64,000 bases of DNA from an uncultured Gammaproteobacteria bacterium (GTDB lineage: Bacteria; Patescibacteriota; Patescibacteriia; Magasanikbacterales; JBBTQS01): positions 630,359-694,358 of the forward strand of contig OZ246400.1 in NCBI GenBank assembly GCA_965230935.1, given 5' to 3'. The translations under genes were made by a program, and so were the position numbers. Positions 41,934-50,190 of this stretch are shown one piece after another. The notes below the pieces were generated by a model. That model was not told the origin of the DNA. It was given only the letters and a program-made list of their open reading frames with translations, and did no database searches. Position 1 is the first letter of the stretch. Each line of letters starts with the position of its first letter.

Positions 41934-42311
41934 ATGGCTGGACTCTCTAAAAAATTTGTTGAGGAGATGAAAGAGCAGCTTTTGGCTCAAAAAGAGAAAA
42001 TTGAAGGGGAATTGTCCCAATTTGCAACCCGCACTGGCGATAGTGATGATTTTAAATCTACATTTCCAGATTACGGAAACAAAGACGATGAAAATGCCGA
42101 AGAAGTCGCGACATACGAGACTAATCTTCGCCTTGAAGAAACACTGGAAAAAGAACTCCGTGATATTTCAAATTCGCTCAAAAAAATGGAGGATGGTACC
42201 TATGGCGTCTGCAAATATTGCAAAAAGCCCATCCCAGAAAATCGTCTACGCGCACGTCCAACATCGGGCTCTTGTGTTGAATGTAAAAAAACCTTGACCC
42301 AAGAACTCTAA
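41934..42311 (+). CDS. DksA/TraR-family C4 zinc-finger protein.
   Basis: 125 aa (MAGLSKKF...). Coiled-coil N-terminus. C-terminal CKYC...17 aa...CVEC zinc finger. The track ORF 41661-42311 includes the non-coding leader. Confidence 0.75.
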   Translation: MAGLSKKFVEEMKEQLLAQKEKIEGELSQFATRTGDSDDFKSTFPDYGNKDDENAEEVATYETNLRLEETLEKELRDISNSLKKMEDGTYGVCKYCKKPIPENRLRARPTSGSCVECKKTLTQEL

Positions 42312-42314
42312 AAT

Positions 42315-42761
42315 ATGCACCGACTATTGGGTAGCGGCATTGCTGCTCTTTTAGCGCTCATCATTGACCAAAGTATTAAATGGTTTGTTGCACAGCTCCC
42401 CAGCGGAACTGTGCTTTTGAGTTGGGGCCCAATTGGAATTGAATCACTCCACAACACAAACCTGTTTATCTGGATACCAGCCTCCCCAATAATTCTTGCT
42501 GCACTCTCTGGTTTTGTGTTAATTGTGGTCATTGTGTTGATGATGCGAGAAATAATCCACCGCCGATGTCTCTTTATTCCAGGACTCCTCCTTATTCTAT
42601 CCGGAGGAACCAGCAATAGCATTGATCGATTGCTCTATGGCACAACAATTGATTTTATTCGAATAGGCACCTTGATTGGAAACATTGCTGATATTGCGGT
42701 AGTCGCTGGTATTATCCTCATTGTTGTAGCACAACACCATCACCAAAAATCATCTGTATGA
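42315..42761 (+). CDS. lspA: Lipoprotein signal peptidase II.
   Basis: 148 aa, 4 TM. Conserved GGTSNSIDRLLYG and IGNIADIAVVAG regions (catalytic Asp pair). Confidence 0.8.
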   Translation: MHRLLGSGIAALLALIIDQSIKWFVAQLPSGTVLLSWGPIGIESLHNTNLFIWIPASPIILAALSGFVLIVVIVLMMREIIHRRCLFIPGLLLILSGGTSNSIDRLLYGTTIDFIRIGTLIGNIADIAVVAGIILIVVAQHHHQKSSV

Positions 42762-43975
42762 AAACCTACGCCTGTATACTTGGATCACACCCAGCAATCT
42801 CTGTTGCAGAAATCACCAAGGTAATCGCCCCCAATACCATAATCATTGCATCTGATTCGATCTGTCTTTTTGAGTCATCAAAACCTATTGATGCGCAAAC
42901 ATTACAAACCACGCTTGGTGGTACGATTAAGGTGGTTGAAATACTCCAAACACTCAATACAAAAAATGTTGCGGCATCTCATTTGACCAAAACCTATCTC
43001 CCATTTGCACATGATGGCAAAAATGTCATTGGGGTAAGTAGTTATGGACTTGATGCACCAGCGCTCACCCTTTCACAACGCACCACACTCACATTCAAAA
43101 AAGAATTAAAAGCTAAAGGATTTTCTGTGCGCATTGTTCAAGCAAAAGAACACGCACTTTCATCTGTTCAGGTGATCAAAAACGATCTTCTTCGCAAAGG
43201 AGCCGAACTCGTAGTGATTAGTTCTAAACGAGGAGTGTTGATTGGTAAAACACTTGCGGTACAGCATTTTGAAGCATATGCTGCGCGGGATTACGGAAGA
43301 CCGATTGCTGATGCACGATCTGGCATGCTTCCTCCAAAGTTAGCACGCATGATGATTAACCTTTCAGGAGCTAATGCAAAAAGTACACTCTTTGATCCGT
43401 TTTGTGGAACAGGAACCGTGCTTAGCGAAGCAATTGACTTAGGAGTACAAACAATTATTGGATCTGATATCAGCGCCAAAGCAATTACTGATGCACAAAC
43501 CAATATTGATTGGCTACTCGGCCAACCATGGAACACAAACAAAAAACCAAAGGTGAATATTTTTCAGCATGATGCAACACAGCCGCTTGCTGCAACACCA
43601 AAAATGGATGTTATTGTTGGGGAAACTTTTCTTGGCCCACCAAAACTTCCTACAGGAAAACAATATACCACGCTTAAAAAACAACTTACCTCACTATACG
43701 GCGATGCACTTGCACAATTAAAAACAATCAGTAAGCCTTCTACTAGAATTGTGCTCGCTATTCCTATGTTTCGTACTCGAGATGAAGGTTGGGATTTAGT
43801 TGACCTTGATTGGATACAAAAAAGTGGTTTTTCCTTAGAAAAACCACTTAACGAAACCCTTGTCCAGGATCTACGCGGGCACCTTAATGCCCGAGGAAAT
43901 TTGGTCTACGCCAGAGCTACTGCACGAGTGGGAAGAGAGCTTCTACTACTTGTGCAATCACAAACCCCACAATAG
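42758..43975 (+). CDS. THUMP-domain RNA (guanine-N2)-methyltransferase-like enzyme.
   Basis: 405 aa. N-terminal THUMP-like region. Class I SAM MTase motif I DPFCGTGTVLSEAI and motif IV-like VIVGETFLGPP. Confidence 0.65.
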   Translation: MKTYACILGSHPAISVAEITKVIAPNTIIIASDSICLFESSKPIDAQTLQTTLGGTIKVVEILQTLNTKNVAASHLTKTYLPFAHDGKNVIGVSSYGLDAPALTLSQRTTLTFKKELKAKGFSVRIVQAKEHALSSVQVIKNDLLRKGAELVVISSKRGVLIGKTLAVQHFEAYAARDYGRPIADARSGMLPPKLARMMINLSGANAKSTLFDPFCGTGTVLSEAIDLGVQTIIGSDISAKAITDAQTNIDWLLGQPWNTNKKPKVNIFQHDATQPLAATPKMDVIVGETFLGPPKLPTGKQYTTLKKQLTSLYGDALAQLKTISKPSTRIVLAIPMFRTRDEGWDLVDLDWIQKSGFSLEKPLNETLVQDLRGHLNARGNLVYARATARVGRELLLLVQSQTPQ

Positions 43976-44627
43976 CGGCACTCATTGCAATTACGACCAT
44001 TTCCAATCCACTCTTAATCCAGTTGCGATAGGTGATTTTGGTTACAGCTGCACCAAGGGTAAACAATGCCACAGCGCTTAAACCAATTGCTATCCAAATC
44101 GCCACATGAATCGGGAAAAGGAAAAAACTCGATAAAGGAATAATTCCACCTATAATATAGGAAGCTCCCATGATCCAAGCATTTTTACTTGGATTTTCTA
44201 ATTCAGTAGGAAAAATCTTCAGCTCATGATAGGCCATTTCTTCAAGCCACAACTCATCATTACTGGTAACACGCGCAACTAAAATATTAATCTCTTTTTT
44301 TGAAAATCCTCTGGAAGTATAAAACTCGATGAGCTCTTGTTTTTCTTTTTCAGGTTCGTTTGCAATTTGCCAACGCTCTTCAGCCAAATACCGTTGCGCG
44401 ATTTCGCGCTCAGATTTAGATGACAAGTAACTTCCTGCAGCCATAGACAACGCTTCTACTGCAATCACCACAGTACCCGAAAGAATCACAATAAACTGAC
44501 TTTGTGTTCCGATTGCAATACCAACTACTGCCCCAAGTGTTGATACCACACCATCTTCTAAACCAAAAATAGCCTCTCGGACACTTGAGAGATTAGGTGA
44601 CTTAGGATGGTGATGAGAGATGAACAT
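43917..44627 (-). CDS. VIT1/CCC1-family iron/manganese transporter.
   Basis: 236 aa. GLEDGVVSTLGAVVGIA is the VIT-family signature. TM-rich. Its 3' end overlaps the convergent MTase gene by 59 nt. Confidence 0.75.
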   Translation of the reverse strand: MFISHHHPKSPNLSSVREAIFGLEDGVVSTLGAVVGIAIGTQSQFIVILSGTVVIAVEALSMAAGSYLSSKSEREIAQRYLAEERWQIANEPEKEKQELIEFYTSRGFSKKEINILVARVTSNDELWLEEMAYHELKIFPTELENPSKNAWIMGASYIIGGIIPLSSFFLFPIHVAIWIAIGLSAVALFTLGAAVTKITYRNWIKSGLEMVVIAMSAAIVGFVIAQVVEALFPLVQ

Positions 44628-44640
44628 ACACTGTCTACTG

Positions 44641-45717
44641 TCATGCTACACGAAAATAACAAACGTCGCCATCAGTTATAACATATTCTTTTCCTTCAAG
44701 GCGCATCTTCCCTTGATCTTTAACACCAGACCAGCCATCATACTTCACAAAATCATCAACACCAGCAACTTCGGCACGAATAAACCCTTTTTCAAAATCA
44801 GTGTGGATCACCCCTGCAGCTTGCGGAGCTGCCGTACCACGTTGTACGGTCCATGCGCGAGTTTCAATTTCTCCTGAAGTAAAGTACGTAACCAATGACA
44901 GTAATGTATATCCAGCACGAATAATTTTATCAAGTCCGGACTCTTGCACACCAAGTTCTGACAAAAATTCCTGTGCATCTTCTTGATTCATCTGCGCAAG
45001 TTCTGATTCAATCTTAGCACTCACCACAATTACAGGAAGATCATCATACTCCAGCACATCTTGCTGAGTGATTGCTGCCTCATCCACATTGGCAATCACC
45101 ATCATAGGTTTTCGAGTAAGTAGATGGAGTTCGGATAAATACAATAACTCTTCTTCATCAGTAATCGACAATTTTCGCGCCGGCTTTCCTTGAGTAAGCT
45201 GCGCATGTAATTTCTCAATTAGCGCTTTTTTCTTCTCTAGTAGTGGATTCGTACCAGCCTTAGCCTCATTCGCTAGTTTTGCCTGCTGCTTAGCAATGGT
45301 CTCAAGATCGGCTAAGGCAAGTTCGGTGTTGATGACATCAAGATCAGCTTGCGGATCAACGGTGTTATGCACATGCGTAACGTTTGAATCAATAAACACA
45401 CGCACCACTTGTGCGATAGCGTCGACTTCACGAATATGAGATAAAAACTTGTTTCCCAAACCTTCACCTGCTGATGCTCCTTTAACTAATCCGGCAATAT
45501 CTACAAACTCAACCGTAGTGGGTACAATTTTTGCAGATTTACTCACAGTTGATAATTTTTCTAAACGCTCATCAGGAACTTCAACAACACCAATGTTAGG
45601 ATCAATAGTGCAAAATGGATAATTCTGCGCATCAGCTGATTTACTTTTAGTAAGTGCATTAAACAATGTGGATTTTCCAACATTTGGCAATCCAACAATG
45701 CCGATTTTGAGTGCCAT
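44641..45717 (-). CDS. ychF: Ribosome-binding ATPase YchF (Obg-family GTPase).
   Basis: MALKIGIVGLPNVGKSTLFNALT (G1), DIAGLVKGAS (G3), TGS domain C-terminus. The track ORF starts 4 codons upstream. Confidence 0.9.
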   Translation of the reverse strand: MALKIGIVGLPNVGKSTLFNALTKSKSADAQNYPFCTIDPNIGVVEVPDERLEKLSTVSKSAKIVPTTVEFVDIAGLVKGASAGEGLGNKFLSHIREVDAIAQVVRVFIDSNVTHVHNTVDPQADLDVINTELALADLETIAKQQAKLANEAKAGTNPLLEKKKALIEKLHAQLTQGKPARKLSITDEEELLYLSELHLLTRKPMMVIANVDEAAITQQDVLEYDDLPVIVVSAKIESELAQMNQEDAQEFLSELGVQESGLDKIIRAGYTLLSLVTYFTSGEIETRAWTVQRGTAAPQAAGVIHTDFEKGFIRAEVAGVDDFVKYDGWSGVKDQGKMRLEGKEYVITDGDVCYFRVA

Positions 45718-46030
45718 AATACGCAACAATTACGAGTAGTCTGAAAAGTATACGCTATTTGTGCGCATCTGTAAAAGGGTGCTTTTTTGTAAAAATATTG
45801 TACGAAACTATTTTTTGTTTAAAGTAAAACATATTTCTTAATTTTCTATACAAATACGGCGCCTTCCTTCCATATGGAACAAAAAAGACAATCTAAAGAC
45901 TGCCCCACTCCAAGTGATTCTCCATTAAGCTGTTAAATTGTCCCACACTCCAAAATGAGACAGGTTCAAGAAGATATTAGATTATTATAATACAAAAAAC
46001 TAGTATTGTCAATTCAAAGCTGTGGAAAAC

Positions 46031-46075
46031 AAAATGTCTACACTATTGTAGACATTGCACAACACGTAGTGTTCT
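46031..46075 (-). terminator. Terminator of the 46082-46966 gene, with adjacent palindromes.
   Basis: 8-bp stem tgtctaca/tgtagaca (46035-46054). On the minus strand it is followed by TTTTGTTTT. A palindrome aacac-gta-gtgtt lies at 46061-46073. Confidence 0.45.
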
Positions 46076-46081
46076 CAATAC

Positions 46082-46966
46082 TTATGCAGCTGCCCGCATA
46101 TCACCCTTACCACTCTGAGATACCACCTGGCGAGCACGAGTTGATAATTTACGTGCGAGTTTCATTTCATCATCTGTACGCTCCTTCATATTAGTAACAC
46201 TTACCACGATCGAATGCTCAAATTGCCCTTTACGAATAATGCTAAAATCAAGGGTTTTATTTCCACCTTTGCCTGCCAATTCAATACTAAAATCGCCCAT
46301 CGGCCTAATTGAGCGTGTTTTTGAGACGCTTCTTAATTTGTCCGATGGTTGAAAATAACCAAATGAATCAAGATATTTCGCTAACAAATCGACAACTTCC
46401 TCCTCTGAAGAAGCATGTACTGGCATATCTTGCTCTAGTATTTCAAGAATAGCCTCTTTTCGCTGTTCCACACTTAAATCTGGAGTCTCTGAGGTGAGGA
46501 GTTGCGCTTCAATCTGCGCACGACCTATCTGTTTACCAAGATCGACTTCGTGCTGAGAAGCAGCCAACGCAACTCGAGGCGTTGTATCCCGTAATCTACG
46601 AACTGTACCATCTCCTTTATCATCTTGAAAATAGAGCTGCACCGCCTCAGCAGCTGTCATTTTACCTGTTTTTACTGATCCGGACAATGTATCCCCCTTG
46701 ACATCGACTGGGGCATGTAATGTTTCTGATGTCGCAAAAAAATCAACGTCTTCGTCAGGTGTTGGATTAACAGAATCTACTGCCGGTTCGGTCGGTTCAT
46801 CCGTAAAAGCTTCCTTTTTGATTTTGGTCTCTGATCGCAACCTTACCGTAGTTTTTTCATGAACATCATCCAATCGTAGAGTGGTATCATCTGCTGACTG
46901 TTCTTCTAGTTGACTTGGTTCGTACGTTGGATGCGCCTCGGGTGCAAATCCTTCTCGATCTAACAT
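46082..46966 (-). CDS. Hypothetical protein (acidic N-terminal half, conserved-looking C-terminal region).
   Basis: The track ORF (to 47023) overlaps tRNA-Arg, so I trimmed to MLDREGF... at 46966. No motif recognised. Confidence 0.4.
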   Translation of the reverse strand: MLDREGFAPEAHPTYEPSQLEEQSADDTTLRLDDVHEKTTVRLRSETKIKKEAFTDEPTEPAVDSVNPTPDEDVDFFATSETLHAPVDVKGDTLSGSVKTGKMTAAEAVQLYFQDDKGDGTVRRLRDTTPRVALAASQHEVDLGKQIGRAQIEAQLLTSETPDLSVEQRKEAILEILEQDMPVHASSEEEVVDLLAKYLDSFGYFQPSDKLRSVSKTRSIRPMGDFSIELAGKGGNKTLDFSIIRKGQFEHSIVVSVTNMKERTDDEMKLARKLSTRARQVVSQSGKGDMRAAA

Positions 46967-46998
46967 AATATAGTAAGCTAATGTGACCAGTATAGCAG

Positions 46999-47070
46999 TG
47001 CCTCCGGTAGGAGTCGAACCCACATCTTATCCTTAGGACGGATCTGTTCTATCCATTGAACTACAGAGGC
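46999..47070 (-). tRNA. tRNA-Arg (anticodon CCT).
   Basis: Reverse-complement fold. Acceptor GCCTCTG/CGGAGGC. D arm GTTC-AATGGATA-GAAC. Anticodon loop GTCCTAA. T arm GTGGG-TTCGACT-CCTAC. Confidence 0.8.
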
Positions 47071-47116
47071 TTATATTGTTAATGCAATTTGTGTCGTAAA
47101 ATATAGATTCTCCTTC

Positions 47117-48238
47117 ATGCCAAACTATGCTATATTTGGAGAACTAACCACAGCTATGCAAATAGGATTTCTTCTCACGGTAACCGCAATCATTGTTATT
47201 GGTATTCTTTTCATACTATACGCGGTTAACAAAAAATTACAATCACTGGAACATAAAAAAGATGATGAGCGGGTGATTCGCCTTCAGGAACATATTGAGT
47301 TTTTGAGTAAATCAATCAATGAACAACGCCAATTGTTTTACAATCAACTTAATGCTACTACTGAATCAATCAACAAACGCCTGCAGGACAACTCCCGATT
47401 GATTCAACAATCTCAAAAAAACGTTGGGGAACGACTAGACAACGCTTCAAAAGCCTATTCTGCAGTTACGTCCAAACTTTCTGCTCTTGAAGAAGCAAAC
47501 AAACGCATTTTTGACGTTGGAAAGGATATTTCATCCCTTCAAGAAATATTGCGCTCTCCAAAACTTCGTGGATCATTAGGCGAGTTATTTTTAGGAGATT
47601 TACTTGCTCAAATTTTACCTAAAAACAACTTTAAGCTTCAATATAGTTTCAAAAATAAGGAGATTGTCGATGCAGTCATCAAACTTCGTGATGGGGTACT
47701 TATTCCGGTTGATGCCAAATTCCCGCTAGAAAACTTCAAAAAAATGATTGATGCTGATGAGACACAGGACCAAAAAACACATAAAAAAACCTTTATTAAA
47801 GACGTCAAAAACCGCATCAATGAAATCGCAACCAAATACATTCTGCCGGACGAAGGAACGCTCGATTTTGCACTCATGTATATTCCAGCAGAAAATGTTT
47901 ATTACGAAATCATTATTAAAGATGAACACAATGAAGGGCTGATGAATTTTGCCTTAGAAAAACGTGTTATTCCGGTTTCACCAAATTCATTTTACTCATA
48001 CCTGCAAACTATTCTCTTGGGACTCAAGGGCATGCAAATTGAAGCAAGCACTAAAGAAATCCTTACGCAACTCTCACGACTTAAGGGTGATTTTGATAAA
48101 TTTTCAGAGAATTATCGCGTGCTAGGTGGTCATTTGTCCCATGCAAACAAATCCTATGCTGAATCTGAAAAACGCCTTGGGAAATTTGGTGATAAGCTTG
48201 AAATTGCGAGTGGGCAACAAAACAAGCTTATTGAATAG
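47117..48238 (+). CDS. rmuC: DNA recombination protein RmuC.
   Basis: 373 aa. N-terminal TM and coiled-coil. LRSPKLRGSLGELFLGDLL and VDAKFPLE ... TLDFALMYIPAENVYYE are the RmuC conserved blocks. Confidence 0.8.
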   Translation: MPNYAIFGELTTAMQIGFLLTVTAIIVIGILFILYAVNKKLQSLEHKKDDERVIRLQEHIEFLSKSINEQRQLFYNQLNATTESINKRLQDNSRLIQQSQKNVGERLDNASKAYSAVTSKLSALEEANKRIFDVGKDISSLQEILRSPKLRGSLGELFLGDLLAQILPKNNFKLQYSFKNKEIVDAVIKLRDGVLIPVDAKFPLENFKKMIDADETQDQKTHKKTFIKDVKNRINEIATKYILPDEGTLDFALMYIPAENVYYEIIIKDEHNEGLMNFALEKRVIPVSPNSFYSYLQTILLGLKGMQIEASTKEILTQLSRLKGDFDKFSENYRVLGGHLSHANKSYAESEKRLGKFGDKLEIASGQQNKLIE

Positions 48239-48295
48239 AGAATTCTTGACATAATTACCCTGTTTTGATATATTCGTCCCACATAAACCTATACT

Positions 48296-48559
48296 ATGCC
48301 AAACAAAAAATCAGCAATGAAAGAGTTGCGCAAAACCAAAAAGCGCACTGCTCGCAACAGCGCACGACAAAAAAACCTTGCCTATCTCGTTAAGCAAACA
48401 ATCAAGGCGGTTGAAAAGGGAGACAAGGTAGAAGCAACACGCCTTGCCAAGCTCGTGCAAAAAGCAGCTGACAAAGCTGCAAAAGGAAACGTGATCAAAG
48501 CCAATACTGCAAATCGTCAAAAAGCACGCGTAATGGCCAAAGTCAATGGTATTGCATAA
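48296..48559 (+). CDS. rpsT: 30S ribosomal protein S20.
   Basis: 87 aa, MPNKKSAMKELRKTKKRTARN ... basic helical protein typical of S20. Confidence 0.9.
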   Translation: MPNKKSAMKELRKTKKRTARNSARQKNLAYLVKQTIKAVEKGDKVEATRLAKLVQKAADKAAKGNVIKANTANRQKARVMAKVNGIA

Positions 48560-48656
48560 TCACCTTTTGCTTCTCTGCATCAACCATGCAGAGTGTACAG
48601 GAGATGATTCACCCGAGGGCCCATGAAGGGCTCTCTTCGTAAGAGGAGAGAATTGG

Positions 48657-49226
48657 ATGACACTGAGCAAGAGACAGAAAGAGATTCTGGGTTGCTTCCG
48701 GGATTACGTGGGCAACGCGCTCATGGCCCCCTTGGGCAATACCGACGTGTGGCTGGAATCAGGTGACGAGACCATCATGGAGGAGCTGGCCGCCATGGAC
48801 GAGTACCTGGCCAACGATGCGGGGGCTCTCGAGACCTTCCAGCAGTACCGTGAGCGGCTCCGTGAGCAATTCATCAAGGACCGGCCGGACTCGCCCACGT
48901 ACGAGGAGTGCATCGCCGCATTCCCGCACATGGCGGCCTGGGTTGACTGGGTCTGGGAGTTCGTGAACAGCCGTATGGAGGCCATGCACGCTGAGCGCGA
49001 CAGCCGGGCGGTGTACCGGGTGATGCGCTACACGATCCTGGGACAGGAGATCTTGAAGTTCGTCCGCAAGATCAGCAGGCTGGTGGTGATCATCTTCAAG
49101 TTCCAGGCGCCGACCCTGGATCCGGTGTACGCGTCGTATCTTCAGGAGAAACACCTGTTCGACCAGACGATGGCCGACACCTTCGGCACCACCAGCGACT
49201 CCGGAGGACCTGGAGTCATTCCCTGA
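48657..49226 (+). CDS. Hypothetical protein, GC-rich cassette C (189 aa), no recognisable family.
   Basis: About 61% GC. SD AGGAGAG 6 nt before the ATG. No own -35/-10 found, so possibly read through from rpsT past a T-less hairpin at 48576-48596. Followed by the CA tract ACACACTACACAACAACAACCC (49227-49250) and a terminator. Confidence 0.5.
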   Translation: MTLSKRQKEILGCFRDYVGNALMAPLGNTDVWLESGDETIMEELAAMDEYLANDAGALETFQQYRERLREQFIKDRPDSPTYEECIAAFPHMAAWVDWVWEFVNSRMEAMHAERDSRAVYRVMRYTILGQEILKFVRKISRLVVIIFKFQAPTLDPVYASYLQEKHLFDQTMADTFGTTSDSGGPGVIP

Positions 49227-49235
49227 CTCGACACA

Positions 49236-50189
49236 CTACACAACAACAACCCAATGCAGGAGCTCGCGCATCGACGCCGCTCCTGTTTTGATTTTGCGAT
49301 CCATTACTAATAAAATGCGCTCGCCATTGATCAACTCCACCTTACGATATCGCCCCAACAAGGGGAGTGTCTTTTTTACAACAAATGGATGCAACCCGAG
49401 TTTTTTTGCCAAATCTGCCGGATTCTCATTTGGATGTTCTTGCTGCGCACTATGCAAATCAAGCAAAATACGATATTGCCGAACGAGCATGCCAAATACC
49501 TGCATTGGCTCAGCGCCGTATCGCCATTGAGATTCAAGAAGTTGCAACGCCCGGCTCCGATCCTTTTGGGTAATCGCATCCATCAACGCAAAAATAGCAT
49601 CCTCAGTTTTAGCTTCAACAAAAATATCAACGTCTTTAATAGTAATTGCTCTGTCGGCACAATACATCACTAACTGATGCAGTCGATTTGCAAGCTTCCA
49701 TGAATCATCAGCAAGCGCATCAGCGATTCGTGTTACGGCACCCGGCTCAATCGTACCACCATATTCACCAACCAACTTCTTAATCCACGTCTTGAGTTGT
49801 GCGCCACTGGGGAGTTCAAATTGTTGCGCAAACTTTTGTGTGCGCAAAACATCAAAGAGTGCACTTTGTGCTTTTTTTACTTTTTCAAGCTCAGTCCACA
49901 ACACAAATACCGTGTCCTCACGTAACGCGAGCATGGTATGTTGCTGCTCAAACCATTCAAATAGTATTTTACTTGCCTGCTCAAAAAGACGTGGCACAAT
50001 CACCATGCGCTTTTGCGCTAAAAACGGTGCTGCGAGCAACAACTCTTTGTTTTGTGCATCAGACTGGGATAAATCTAACGTCACTACGTTCATTCCAGAC
50101 GGATCACGATCTTGAATAAACTTATCCTGCATCTTATGCAGTTGCGCATGAAGACGATAGGTATCTGCCCCGTACAAAAAAATAATCAT
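49236..50189 (-). CDS. holA: DNA polymerase III delta subunit.
   Basis: MIIFLYGADTYRLHAQL... matches the HolA N-terminal domain. I placed the start at 50189, 1 nt from the polA stop. The track ORF extends to 50264. The last about 20 codons read through the cassette C terminator hairpin and end inside its CA tract. Confidence 0.7.
   Translation of the reverse strand: MIIFLYGADTYRLHAQLHKMQDKFIQDRDPSGMNVVTLDLSQSDAQNKELLLAAPFLAQKRMVIVPRLFEQASKILFEWFEQQHTMLALREDTVFVLWTELEKVKKAQSALFDVLRTQKFAQQFELPSGAQLKTWIKKLVGEYGGTIEPGAVTRIADALADDSWKLANRLHQLVMYCADRAITIKDVDIFVEAKTEDAIFALMDAITQKDRSRALQLLESQWRYGAEPMQVFGMLVRQYRILLDLHSAQQEHPNENPADLAKKLGLHPFVVKKTLPLLGRYRKVELINGERILLVMDRKIKTGAASMRELLHWVVVV
49256..49297 (+). 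terminator. Intrinsic terminator of cassette C. It lies inside the 3' end of the holA reading frame.
   Basis: caggagc-tcgcgcatcgacgcc-gctcctg followed by TTTTGATTTT. Confidence 0.6.
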
Positions 50190-50190
50190 A

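Noticed and set aside
46967-47023. N-terminal 19 codons of the track ORF 46082-47023.
   Set aside because: They overlap tRNA-Arg(CCT) on the same strand. I trimmed to the internal ATG.
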